Below, piece by piece: positions 13,683-26,445 of a stretch of DNA of 64,000 nucleotides (positions within the stretch are counted from its first letter, which is position 1; each line of letters starts with the position of its first letter). Made by a program: the position numbers and the translations under genes. Under the pieces are notes generated by a model, which worked only from the letters and a program-made list of their open reading frames with translations, ran no database searches and was not told the origin of the DNA. The stretch spans positions 1,791,031 through 1,855,030 of the forward strand of contig MU053934.1 of NCBI GenBank assembly GCA_013239625.1. Reading direction: 5' to 3'. This stretch comes from Lama guanicoe. Lineage: Eukaryota.

Positions 13683-13837
13683 CATGTGCAAAACTTTCTG
13701 CAGCCTTAACACTTGCATCTCATGTACACGCACACAGGCACCCACACACAAACACGGGTGGGTTAGTTTGACCCCCAAAGGAACAGAGCTGAATCCCACC
13801 AAGTGAGACCTGCCCCCTCCTCTTTCTTCCTTTCATA

Positions 13838-14110
13838 TCACAGAATTCTTTGAATGTGAAATTCTGAGACTTGCAGAATCATCCCTCCAGCCTTCAAATT
13901 CTGGAGATTTGAGATCTCAGAATTAAAATGAAAGAGAAATCTAGCCATGGGTTCTTGAAGCTAACAGAGGCCTTCCATGGTATCTTGTCCAAGTTCCCAC
14001 TAAATGCAGGAATTCTCCCTACAGATCATCATCTAGCACCTGCTTGAATACTCCTAGGAGCAGTGACCTCACTACCTACAACTTTAAAGAGTCTTCTAAT
14101 CAAACCAAAA
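13838..14110 (-). mobile_element. CR1/L3 LINE 3' fragment
   Basis: catctagcacctgcttgaatactcc...ctcactacc and agaat-type tail units typical of CR1 3' ends. Confidence 0.5.
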
Positions 14111-15838
14111 TATGCCTTCTTGTGGTCCTCACTTCCTTTTTCTGGCTCTGCAGGCTCCTTGGGGATGGAGAGGACCCGCCGAATCTCTCTCACCAGGGAA
14201 GATGCAGGCTCACCTAAGACTTTTCTTGTCCAGACTACCCACCCCAAGGTCAACAGAACACCCTCTCCTGGCAATGTAAGCTAGGAGCCTGCCTGGTGGA
14301 AAAAGATCTGTTCTCCATCTTCAGTGTCTGGTGACTCTCACCTCTTGTCACACATATATACAGAGAGAACTCTCTAGCAAGGGGCTCCCGGCACCTCCCT
14401 GCACGGGTTCGAGTCCCCAGGTGACTGTGCACCAGGCCCTCTCTTCCAAAGGCTGCAAGTCCAATCTAGGTGACCTGAGAATTTGACAACCCTTGTGTAG
14501 CCAGCAACTCCCCTCAGTGAATCTGGGGGGTTACACTTTAAGACTTCACCCATGGGGGACCAAAGCCGGGAAGAAAGAGCACTTTGGATCTTCAAAGCTT
14601 CGGGTCCCCTCAACCCTGACCACCTCCCTTCCTCCTCCTGCTCCTCCTGGGAGCTGCCCTTTGGAGGCCAGCCCGGGCAGTGCCTCCCTCCCCTCTCCCT
14701 GCCAGGTCCCCCCAGCTCGGCTTGTTCCTTCCTGGCAGAGTCTGCCTCCTGGACCAGCGCCAGGCCAGACTCCAAGCAGAGCTGAGGCCTGGAGCCTGCA
14801 GGACCTGCCGAGGTCATCGACCGGGTGGCAGGACCCCCAGGCTGGCCCCAGACCCGTCTTGGGCCCACCACCCGTTCCTCCCAGCCCCTCAGGGCCTTCA
14901 TACTGACCACGTCTCCCCTACTGCCCAGTTGTCTTCCTGGAGCCTCCAGCCAAGCAGCGGGCTGGGGGCGGGGAGAGGTGTCTTATAGCAGCTGGGGAGA
15001 CGGAAAGAGAACTAAAAATACAGTTTATATGGCACGGCTCCTCCTCTGCCTGGAGGCCCAGAGGGGCTTGCTGGAGGGGGACTGGCAGGGACATCAGGAT
15101 CCCAATATCCCAGGCAACAGGTGTGGCCAGGGACACCAGCCCACCTCCCCCTCCTTCCCCTTCCCAGCCTCTAAGGCTTGGAGTCACTCCTCCAGCTCTG
15201 CCTCCCACCTGTCACCTGGATGAGCCTAAACCCACCTCCACATCCCCAAGTCCTTCCTCCCTCCAACTGGCCCATCTCCCAGAAACAGCTCCCCCTCCAG
15301 GAAACTCCCTCCCACTCCAGCCCTCCTTTCTCAGAAGATGTGCCCTCTCCCCCCTCACCCCTTGGGCTCCATATGGGTGCAGCCTTCTCATCTCTCTCTG
15401 CTTTTGGGGTGCATCTCCCTATTTCTACCCTGTGAGCTTCCTCAGAGGTGGGAATACAAAACCGCAGACACAATGCACTCCAGCGGCACCGCCTCTCCCA
15501 GCAGCTCTTTTCTATACACATTTTTATAAGCCCCATTCTTCCCACATGGGGAGACTGAGGCAGAGAGGTTAGGTTGCCAAAGGTCACACAGCTAGGAACC
15601 TCCAAACATGAAATTGGAAACCAGGGAGTCTGGTTTCAGGGTGTGAGCTTCCCAGTTAGGAACTGGGCTAGCTTTGGATCTTTCCTCTTCCCCCTCTCAC
15701 CTTTCTGACAGCACCTAGCAGAGGGCTGGGTTAATAAGCTCTCTGAATTGTTTATTTTATCGACCTGAGTCCATCCTGGCTCTGGGCTTCCTAGAGGTGA
15801 AGGCAAAGACAGTTGTTGGATGACCACCGGGAGGCCCT

Positions 15839-15856
15839 GCTGCCATCTAGTGGCGA
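15839..15856 (-). promoter_or_regulatory. Candidate CTCF site
   Basis: Minus strand TCGCCACTAGATGGCAGC matches CCASYAGRKGGCRS. Confidence 0.7.
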
Positions 15857-17659
15857 CGAGGAGGAACGCCTCCACCCTGGCTCCCCCGCCTCCCATCGCG
15901 TTCCTTTGTTCCCTCCACCAGCCAGCCAGCCGCCAGGACAGGGGTATTTTATCTATCTTTCTATTCATGGCACCGACCAGGGACGGCTATCCAAGTTATT
16001 AAAAGATGAATAAGCCATGGTCCCTGCTCTCAAGGACTCAAAGTTGAGTGGAGGAAACATCCCAGGGGGATATGGAACGCAACAGAGATTTGAGCAAAGA
16101 GCTATGGGCGGATGGGGAGGCAGCCTGAGGTCTACATGGAGATTTGTTGGCAGAGGTGGCAACAAGGCTGGATCTTAACGCATGATCGGGCTCCTGCAGG
16201 GTCTCTTAAGGAGCAGTAACAAACTATGTGTGCAAAATCCCAAGTGATACAGGGGAGGCATGGGGAAAGGGGTGCTCTGGGGGCAGGGTGAGGTCACCTG
16301 AGGGTCCTCCTGCACCAGAATCAGGACGGGGGACTTAGAGCTGGCAGTTCTGCTGCACAAACACTCATGCTCACTTGGTGCCAGGCTCTGTTCTGTGCCC
16401 CCAGGGAGACCAGTGATCCCTGAGCTTTAGGGGTGATGGGAGGGAGGGTTGAGTAAACACATGATGACAGCACTTTGTGATAAGGACAGTAACAGAGACA
16501 GTTCAGCATAGACTTAACGCCTTTGGAATCAGACATCGGGATTCGGCGCTTGGCCCCACCATGTATTACTTTTTGAGCCAAGGAAGGTATAACTTTCCAG
16601 GTCTTTTGGTTTTGTATCCATAAAATGGGAACTTTGAAAAGGATGACCTATCTCAAATGTCATGAGAATTAAAAGAGGGAGTGAATGTACAGGACTCAGT
16701 GTGGTGCCTGGTTTATAGCAGTGCTCAAGAAGTGTTCTCTGTGATATAAGGTGACAAAGGAGTCATAAAGGAGAAAATAGTTACCTCCACCAAGGAACAT
16801 GCAGCAGAAGAGGTGATGTCTGAGCATGACTTTGAAGGGTCAGTAGGGGTTTGGTAGGAGCAGAGTAAGGAAAGGATATGCCAGGCACGGGGACCAAAAC
16901 ATTCAAGGACATGGAAGTTGGTGTGTTAGGACTAGGTTTGGTTGTGGGTGACAGAAAATCCAAAATAACGTGGCTTTAACAAGAGAATATTAATTTCTCT
17001 TTCATATAGAAATCCAGAGGTAGTGGTCCAGGGCTGGTAGGGCACACAACATGTCAGCTTCAGTCTACTTTAGTGCACTGCCATATTACATACACAGATG
17101 GCCTCCACCTCCTGAGGCAAGATGGCTGCTTTAGTCCAGCCATCATATCATCATTCTAACCAGCAGAAAGGCAAAGAGTTGAAGAAGGTTGTGTCCCCTA
17201 CCTTTAAGGTCACTTTCCAGAAGTTGTAATCAGTACTTCCTGTCACTGTATGGCCACAATTCTCTGCAGGGAAGGCTGGGAAACACTGTCTATATCCATA
17301 TGGCTGTATTTCCAGATGAAAATCGAGAGTTCTGTAACATAGAAACGTGGGATTAAAAACTAGAAATTTCTGCCACAGGAATTGTAAAGAGCATATAAAG
17401 ATGCAGGAAAGTACAAATAATTTTGGCATTTCTGTGGTGAGAAAAGAGAGGGAGAGAGTGATGGAACATGGGTCAGAGAAACACATGGAGGCCAACCCAG
17501 AATGGCCTTGGGAGCCACGGGATTTAAGATTTCTCCCTAGGAGAGAGCTGTGGATGGATTTCAAGAACGGGAGGGCCATGGTCTGATTCGCTGTCCTAGA
17601 AACACCACACTAGTTGCAATGGGAATGATGTAATGGGGGGGGTGTGCAACGTGGAGGCA

Positions 17660-18160
17660 GGAAACATTTCTCCCCAACATTTTATTCTGGAAGTTCTCAT
17701 ACATGCAGTAAAGTTGAAAGAATGTTAGGGTGAACCTCATACGTATACCCACCCCTGAAACTCTACCACTGCTATTTTACTAAACCAGTTTTACCACGGA
17801 TCTCTCCATCCCTCCATGCCTCCAATCTTTCTTATTTGTGTGCCATTTCAAAGTAAACTGTAGACACCTGTCCATCCACTTCTTTCTAAATACATGTATG
17901 AGTGTCATTAACGAGAGTTACATATTTGCATTTTTTCTTTTGACATTAAATTTACGTGGAACGAAATGCGCGCGTCTGAAGGGTACCCTTGCTGAGTTTT
18001 GATAAATGCGCACACCTGTGTAACGCGAATCCCTATCAAGATACAGGACATTATCATCACCTCCAAAGTTCCCACATGCCCCTTCCCATCTCAGTCCCCG
18101 CCCCCGCCACCTCCAAGAGGCAACCGCTGTCCTGATGATTTCGTTTTCATAAATCACAGA
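17660..18160 (-). mobile_element. Old L1 (L1M-type) 3' end fragments
   Basis: aatgcgcgcgtctgaagggtac...cacctgtgtaac...atcaagatacaggacatt..catcacctccaaagttccc...ggcaaccgctgtcctga. Confidence 0.7.
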
Positions 18161-18776
18161 TTGGTTTGGGGAAGGGAGACCTTTCAAAGCCTGCTGTGGA
18201 GCCCACGTCTGCGCTGAGAAAGAGGCTGGGCAGAGTGGTAACGAGAAGAGGGGACAGGCTCTGCAGGGGAGGCTGGGGAGAGGGGGTGAGCTGTGAGCCC
18301 AGCGCAGCGCCCCCAGCGGGAGTCGAGTTTCTTCTGGCTGAGCGACCGGGCAGATGGTGGCGCTATTTACTAAGGCGGGCCTGGTACCCGGGAGGAAGGG
18401 CTGGATGAGTCTCCCTTGGGACCGTAGCATCTGGAGCGTCGGTGGGACATCTGTCTAGCAGGCGTAGGGATACACATGAATCCCCGAGGTGGCATGGGGG
18501 AAGTGGTGTTTCTCCAGCATCTTCACAGGATTCAGGATGCTCACTCACAACACTCTAGGAAAGGCAGAGGGGCCCCTCCTCCGCTGGCCCCTTGCTTTCC
18601 CCAAGGCAGCCAAAGGCAGCCAAGGGTGGTGGAGAAGACACAGAGGTGGTTCATTTCGATTGGCAGGACCCTCACTGCAGAGGGGTTGGAGTCAGCGAGG
18701 GGTGAGTCCACCCTTACCCCTCCTTCCTTCCTCTCTCCCCAGCATCCTGTGGCTTTCCAAAATTCTTCTTCCCTCC

Positions 18777-18912
18777 TTTTTTTTTTTTTTTTTTGCAAGG
18801 GTAGGTAATCAGATTTACTTATTTTTTTTTTTTCATGGAGGTACTGGGGATTGAACCCAGGACCTCATGCATGCTAGGCAAGCACTCTACCAGTTGAGCT
18901 GTAACCTCCACC
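18777..18912 (-). mobile_element. tRNA-derived SINE (Vic-1-like)
   Basis: Same body (atggaggtactggggattgaacccaggacctc...) with poly-T tail on the plus strand. Confidence 0.88.
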
Positions 18913-20998
18913 ACCCCTCCCCCTTTACAATGAACCAAAGCCCATGTCTTAGTTACTGAAATTTCCTACAGGGAGGGGGCCGTCAGGTCTGCTTCCCCCG
19001 AGAGGGCAGTGAAAACGCAGAAACAAGGTGAAACCTGGGCCCACAGTCCCAGACTGCAGCTGGGCCCCCCTAGTCTAAAATCAGGCACAATTCACCCCAG
19101 GAAAGACTGCTTTCTTTCTTAAAACCCCATTTGGTTGACAGGAGATATTCCTAGCCTTCCCATCCGCACAACTTGGACTTCTTCCCTGGGGATGAATGCC
19201 CTGACAGATTCTACTAAGAGAGGCCTTGCCCCTACACCCACCCCCTCCTGGAGTTGCAGCCCAGAATATCCTGAATTTATCTGGCCATTTGGAGAACTGC
19301 CCCAAGGGCTCAGTTTGCTCCATTAGACACAGGGTCAGAACGTGAGCTGCCGGTATAGAGGAAGGTGCAGAGATTACCCCAGATACCATCCCAGGAGACT
19401 GTGTGAAGGAAGAAGAGAAGGACCTCAAGGAACACTCCAACATTTAAAAATTTGGAAGGGGAAGAGGGGGTGGAGAAGTGAGGATGAATATTGAAGACTT
19501 CTTATGCATTAGACCTGGGCGAGGGCTGAACCGCAAATATAGATGCGTTCGTGTGTCAGAGCATTAGCTGCTGTAACAAACAGCCCCCAAATCTCAGTGG
19601 CTTATTAGTTCCTAGTAGTGGCTGCATGGGCTTGGTTCTCACTCACCTCACCAGCCAGTGCAAGCTGGGGAGAGGACTCTGCTCCACACAGCCATTCAGG
19701 GACCCAGGCTCCGTCTCCAAGGACTTCAGAGACCTCTGATCCCTCCGGATCCAGCAGACAAACATCAGAAGGGAGAAGTGAGGGGGAGAGGTTTTAGAGG
19801 CCACACCTGGGAGCGAGGCACACCGTTTCCGGCCCTATGCCATCAGCCCGATCACAGCCACTTGGAGGGAATGAAACGTCTGTGTGCCTGGGAGAAAGTG
19901 AATCGGGCTCGGAGGACACATGGCATAGTGTCTGCCACAGTCACGGCCTGAGATAATAAAATGTTTCATAAGCTAGTGGAAAGACAAGGACGAGGAGTTG
20001 GGAATGAGCATTCCTATGAAGCACGTTTTAATACCTCATCGAGCTTGGAGTGGAAGCTCAGTGTTTGTTAGGGCCGTTTGGATGAGTTCTATCACCACTG
20101 ATGAAATGCTTACACGGTGGGAAGACGGGCAGGTGAAGGGCGGGGGAGAGGGTCTGCGCCCTCTGTGATGATGAGACAGTCATTCTTCAAAGGACAGGGG
20201 ACATATCGGAATAGGGAGCTGAAAGATGCTCAGAGATGGTGAGGGGAGCAGAAGTGCATATGGAATATTCTGGAAACCCTAAGAAGACCAGTTTAGCCGG
20301 GTCAGAAGTTTTGTGAAGGGGATTGGTCACGGATGACGCTGGAATGTGGGCTGGGAGCGGATCAGGAATGACTTTGAGCTGTAAGAATCTTGGCGGCTCT
20401 TCAGCAGTGGTTGTGGCTTGGGGTGGGGTGGGGTGGGGGAGGGGAGCTCCCAGCCCTCTGGGGTGAATCAGCCGGTCAGTTAAAATGAGTCACGATGGCC
20501 CAGCAGAGAGAAGCCAAGGCAAACAGTCGTGCTAGCTCGGGTGGCCGCGGGGGGTTGCTTCTCTGGGGAGGCTTTGGACTGGGGGAGCTCAGAGATGGAG
20601 CAGGTGCTCTGGCCTGGCCTGGAACTGTGTTCGGGCTGTTGGGGCCACACCTTCATGTTTCTGACCTCAGCAGCAGCAGGAGGGCGTGGGGGCAGTTTAG
20701 CCCAACTCCCTGATCAGCACCTCTTGGACCACCTTGGCCTGGAGTGGTCTCCCCTTGCACCTTGCCCATTCCTCCTTCTCGGAGGTCTTCCTCACAAATA
20801 AGACCAGATTCTAGACTCTCATACTTGGCCTAGGTAGCAGTAGCCACCATTGTGATTGTAAACTGCATGATGGTTGTAAGATTTTAAAATAATGTATTAT
20901 TCAGTTGGTCGTATCCAAGGGCCCATCTCCCATCTACCTTCTCCTCCCATATACCTGGGTACCATCTTCAAGCAGAGAAAGTGCAGTGGTGGTTAGGA

Positions 20999-21034
<36 letters not shown>
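20999..21034. repeat. (GT)n microsatellite
   Basis: Directly visible. Confidence 0.95.
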
Positions 21035-21037
<3 letters not shown>

Positions 21038-23045
21038 CAACGATACAAACAAGAGGAAAGATTGAGATCCCAATAATCGGCTCATCTAATTTGCACCCCC
21101 CCCAACACACACACACAGAGCAAGGGTGCTTATAAACAAGAGGCAGTGTAAGTACAGGGGTTAAGGGTATGAATTCTGGAACCAGACTAGTAGGTTTGAA
21201 TCCTGGCTTCACTGCTTGCTTGCTGTGTGACTTCAGGGAAGTTCCTTAATGTCTCTGTGCCTCGGTTTCTTCATCTGCTGATTGGCCATCTTAACAGATC
21301 CTGCCTCGTAGGGTGAAATTTAAACTAGATAAAAACCCTTAAAATATGCCTGGCACAAAATTGAGTAAACACTCCATACATGTGTGGGCTGTTATTCTCA
21401 GTTAAAAAAAAAACAACACCTTTTTTCAAACATCTGAATTGAAATGGTTAGACTGTTGACCATGTTATATAATTAATGAAGATTCCTCTCTGATGGACTG
21501 GGAAGCCCATGAGAGTGAGTCTTGTATTTCTGTGGTCGGGTACAAGGCCAAGTTCCTGCTCATAATAACAGCTATGCCAGCCCCACTCCAAGCACCACAC
21601 CACACCACACACAGGCACGGCTAGCCTGCTGGGCCCAGCACAGCTCACAGTCCTCTATATGCAGAGGCTCACTTAATTCTCAGGACCACTGTAAGCAGGT
21701 GTCAGGTAGGGTCTATCTACCAGGGTCAGGTAGATAATGGATGGAGCAACGCTTTGTAAACTGTAAAGTACACAACTTGTGAGGCCGTCAACACTTAGGA
21801 CCTCTTCCCCAAGGGCCTAGGATCCCGTCCTACTGTTGGCTTAGCTGGAGTGCCTTGGGAATATATCCCGTGTTCTAGAACTTTCCCTCCACTTGCCCCT
21901 CTAGCAAAATGTAGTTGTCTTGGGTATCATTTTCCTTTATGATCTGTCTTAATGGTCACTGGTGGAATTCAACCCCTTCCACCTCCCTGCTGAGAGATTT
22001 TGTTTCAACAAAGGCCAACACAGGCTTGATATCGAACCCCAAAGAAAGACTCCCTACTCCCAGTCTACCCTGGACTGGACTCTGTGACATTCCTGTGTTG
22101 TGTCTTGTGGATGCATCTGTCCCCACCCATCCCCAGCTGTGCAAAGCCCGTCCTTCTCACATGGTACTTCCTCCAGGAAGACCTCCTTGCTGAGCCCCAG
22201 CACTGTGTAGACACCTCCCTCCAGGCCCCCCTCCTCTTCTTTCCAGCTGAATACTAAATATGGCCCTGATTATAGCTTCAGGGGAAGAAAGATTTTATCC
22301 ATTGATTGATTGATTAATTGATTGACTGAGTTACTCATTCGTTAATTTGCTCAACAACATTTGTGGAGTACCTCTTCCTTATCAGGTACTGTAGCACTTC
22401 AAGGGTGAAGAGAATTACCCTGGTTTCTGAAGAAGAGGAGGAGAGTGTTAGCTACAGGGAAGAAGATGAACAAAGGCATAGCTGTGCAGAAACTCGGACC
22501 GGGCTTAGGGAGCAGGGAGTGGCTGGATCATAGGGTGCAGGGTGGTAAGGAATGTGAGGTCAGGCTGGACAGTGGGCAGGATCCAGCTGTAGAGAGCTCT
22601 GATATCATGGCCAAGTCCTCACCATCCTCCAAGGCCTGACTCAAAGGCCACCCCCTCCAGGAAGCCCTCTGTTGTAGACTTTTATTGTCTTTGCCCCTTT
22701 CCTTCCTACTGAGAACTCATTGCATTTGGCTGAGTACAGTCATGGTTCAGAGATGGGCATGATATCCTGGCTAGACAAATCAGATTCTTCTCTGGAACTT
22801 TTCTGCCAGACCTCTTGCAGGGACATTGCCAAATAAGGAGGATGTGAACCTGGGGCAGCTGGTGGCCTCTGGCCTGAAGAACAAAATCAGAGACAGGAGA
22901 ACCAAGAGATATAGTGAGATGGAGCCCTGATGAATTTTTCTGAGCTACTGGATCCAACCATGCCTGAAGCCAGTTATACTCTGGATCTCCCAGTTACATG
23001 TATTCAATTATTTGTTCATTAAACAAATAGTTACTAAATACCTAC

Positions 23046-23527
23046 CATGTTAGCATTCTTCGGAGAGATAGAACCAATAGGATATTATATATATACTCAT
23101 ATATGTATATGAAGAAATTTGTTATAAGGAATTAGCTCAAGCAATTACGGTCTGTGAAGTTCCACAATCTGCACTTGGTGAGATGAAGACCCAGGAGAAC
23201 CAATGGTGAGGTTCCATTTGGAGACCAAAGACCAGGAGAACAGGTGGTGTAAGTCTCCAACAGCAGGAGGAGACCAAAGTCTCAGCTCAAGCAGTCAGGC
23301 TGAGAGCAAATCCTCCCTTCCTCCACTTTTCCACTATTTTCAGATCCTCAACATATTGGGTGAGGCCCACCCACACTGGGGAGGGACATCTGATTTACTC
23401 AAGGCTGTGAATCCAAATGCTAATCTCATCAGGAGACACCCCCACAGACACACTCAGAAATAATATTTAACCAAATATCTGGGCACCCTGTGAGCTTGTC
23501 AAGTTGATCCATAAAATTAGCATCACA
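23046..23527. mobile_element. MLT2-like (ERVL) solo LTR nested in an L2 fragment
   Basis: gagagatagaaccaatagga...ataaggaattagctca...aatccaaatgctaatctcatc...aaaattagcatcaca; imperfect 5-bp TSD CCTAC/CCTGC; L2-like sequence resumes on both sides. Confidence 0.8.
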
Positions 23528-23586
23528 CCTGCTATGTGCAAGGCACAATTCTAGGTAGTGGAAGTATAGCAGTTAAAAAGAAGACA

Positions 23587-23721
23587 GGGAGAGGGTATAG
23601 CTCAAGCGGTAGAGCGCATGCTTAGTATTCACGAGGTCCTGGGTTCAATTCCCAGTATCTCCTCTAAAAATAAATAGATAAACCTAATTACCTCCCTCTG
23701 CCCCCGCCAAAAAAAAAGAAG
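23587..23721 (+). mobile_element. tRNA-derived SINE (Vic-1-like)
   Basis: GGGAGAGGGTATAGCTCAAGCGGTAGAGC...GGTTCAATTCC, A tail, TSD AAGAAGACA (23578-23586 / 23722-23730). Confidence 0.92.
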
Positions 23722-25349
23722 AAGAAGACAGAGATCCCACGTAGTGGAGATTACCTGGTAGTGGGGGAGGGTGCGGATAGAAAGACACTAAATAAAATAA
23801 ATAATTAAAATAGCATGTTAAATGATAATAAATGCTATGGAGAAAAATAAAATAATAAAGCAGAGAAAGGTCTTAAGGGTGTTGGTGGGGATTAGGGGAT
23901 ACATTTTAAAGTTTAGTTTCAAAATTTAATTTAAAGTGTAATTTAAACTTCTTTGATAAAAATCTGAAGGGTACTGGAGAGAACCAGAGAAATAGCTTGA
24001 GGAAAAAAAAAATTCCAACAGAGGGAACATCAAGTGCAAAGGCCCCGAGGTAGGAGCATGTTTTGCTTTTTCAAGACACAGCAAGTTTCATTAGCCAAAA
24101 CCTTCTCATTTGTGCACAAAGCAATTTGACTTGGATTTCTGTCCCTTGCAATAAAAAGATTCCTACTAATATAGCTTCCCCGATCACCTTACAAGGAACA
24201 AATGCTCCCTCTCTAGGCTCCCACTGCCTGTCGTCTGTACCTCCCCTCACATTTGCTGTCAGTGCTTGGCCACCTCACACAGCTGCCTTTATCTTAATTC
24301 ATGTGTTATTCACATATATCCTCAAAACCTGCTCTTTGCCAAAGAGTGAACACGCTCCCACCTTGATGTCAATATGATCTCCCATTGTGGATGGGGAAAG
24401 TTCAGAGAGGATAAGAAATTTTTTCCAGGCTACAATCCCAGGAAAAGGTGGTGCTGGGATTCAAACCCAAGTTGGTCCAACTCCAAAACCCGAGTTTGTA
24501 GCCCTGCCTCCCGTGGTTGGTGGTTGAAGACATTGGGTACATACTTGAGAAGACTGTTAACTTCTATGAAACTCATCTGTAATTCAAGCAACTGCCTCTG
24601 AAGACAGCAATGCCTTGAATAATAAAGCTTCGGCCAGATGGTCCATCAATCATTCTATGTCTATCGGCCCACTTCATTTCATCAACCCCCTGCAAGGCAG
24701 GGATTGCTCTGTATCCATTTTCAGGTGGAGAAAGTGAGGCTCCAACCATCCTGCTGAAACTCACAGATCAGCCTGGTTGGTCTTTGGCGTGGTTTCTGGT
24801 TCCCATGGTTGCTAATCCCCTCCTCTGAGGTCTGCCAAGCCCTTCGTCCTGGGCTGGGCTCTGCCATCAGCACCCCTTCTCTGACCTGGGCAGACTGCCA
24901 CCTCCTGAGCTGAGACCCCTGCAGTCCTGAAGCCCCTCCAGAGAGCCACCACAGCACCTAGAAAAGATGCTGGCCCAGTGGGACTTCATTCTGACTCCCC
25001 ACCCCAACTGGGACCTTTGAGCTCCCTGGAGGTGGCCCTACAGGGGCTGACATCCCACCCACCCTGCTCTGCACCCCGTGCCTCCTGGGGGGGCCAATCC
25101 TTCTCCATGGTTTCAAGGTCCACCCTCTACTCCCCTTGGCTGGGAGCCCCCACCAGCCTGGGCAGTCTGAATTCTCTGTACAGAAGGTGCATCAAGATGG
25201 AATTTGAAATGCAGGAATTTGGCACAGGGTTTTTGGCTTCTCAACTCAACTGTCAGCTTCTCAGGGTAGGGGCCAAGTTCGGGTCTCTTATTCATTCTTA
25301 ATCCCCTGGGGACCTCCCAGCTCAGTCAGCACTCGTGGAGACGGTGCAT

Positions 25350-25765
25350 TTGTTAGGGCTGCCCCAACAAATTGCTAAAACATGGTGGCCTAGAACACCA
25401 AAAATTAATTTTCTCACAGTGCTGGAAGTCACAAGTCCGAAAATCAAGGTGTTGACAGGGTTGGTTCCTCCTGGAGTTTCTGACAGAGAATCTGTTCCAA
25501 GCCTCACTCCCACTGGTTGCCGGCAGTCCTTAGTTTGTGGCCACATCGCTCCACCCTCTGCCTCCATCTTCACACGGCTCTCCTCCTCCTCCATGTGTCT
25601 CTGTGTCTTCTCTTTGGTCTCTCTTAAGGATACCGTCATTGGATTTAGGGCTCGCTCTAAATCCACTTGATCTCATCTCAAGATCCTTAATTACACTGGC
25701 AAGGGCTATGTCCAAGTATGGTCACATTCACAGGTACTGGGGGTGAGGACCTGGACATGTCTCTG
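25350..25765 (-). mobile_element. MLT1 (MaLR) LTR
   Basis: agggctgcc..aacaaa...ttctcacagtgctgga...aaatcaaggtgttgacagggttggttcc...ggtcacattcacaggtactgggg. Confidence 0.85.
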
Positions 25766-26293
25766 CAGGGTCACTAGTCGAGAAACACAGGCCCAGAGGT
25801 GAAGGGATTTTCTTGGGGTCCCAAGGGCAGCCAAGGGCGTGCCTGCTCTCCCGATGCCGGGCCAGAGCTCTGTCCCCGTCCTGTACTGGCCTGAGTTCCC
25901 GAGACTTTCTGGGAAAGTGTTCAGTGAAAAACCATCTGGAGACTGACTGTCTGGCCTTCGGGGAAGCCTGCCCTGTCCCCTGCGCAGAGTGGCTGAGAAT
26001 GTGATCAGGGGAGTGAGTTTCCTTTCCCTGTGGTTGGCTCCATGCCTGGGACCTTGGCTGGTGTGCAGGCCCCGCTCTGGTGGCGTCCTTGCCTGAGTCA
26101 CTGCTCCCATCCCCTTCCCTCACAGGCCACCAGCAGCCCTGGACACTGTGGGGAGGGGAGAGGGGTGCAGTCCTCCTGAACTTGGGGTCACTTTCCTTCC
26201 AAGAAAGATCTCCTTCTTTCCAAGAAAGGTTTCCCGTTCTCTTTGGAGAGAGACGAGAACATTGCATAGGGTTTAAACTAATGATTAACTTTA

Positions 26294-26445
26294 TGCATTT
26301 ATTTTAAAATATGTGTTTATTTGCTTATTTGCATTCTTTTGGGGTGGGGGTAGTTAGTTTTTTTTTAATGGAGATACTGGGGATTGAACCCAGGACCTCA
26401 TGCATGCTAAGTACACACTCTACCACTGAGCTATGCCCTTTTCTC
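26294..26445 (-). mobile_element. tRNA-derived SINE (Vic-1-like) with AT-rich 3' extension
   Basis: SINE body 26337-26445; imperfect TSD ATGATTAACTTTA (26281) / ATGACTGACTTTA (26446). Confidence 0.82.

Noticed and set aside
14374..15605. Cluster of 100-178 aa ORFs on both strands
   Set aside because: GC-rich, low-complexity translations without domains or splice structure.
20420..20444. G-quadruplex-like (GGGGT)n run
   Set aside because: Short intergenic G-run, common in mammalian DNA, with no supporting context.
23587..23660. tRNA-like sequence with A and B boxes (also in the other copies)
   Set aside because: Part of a multi-copy SINE with tail and TSD, not a tRNA gene.
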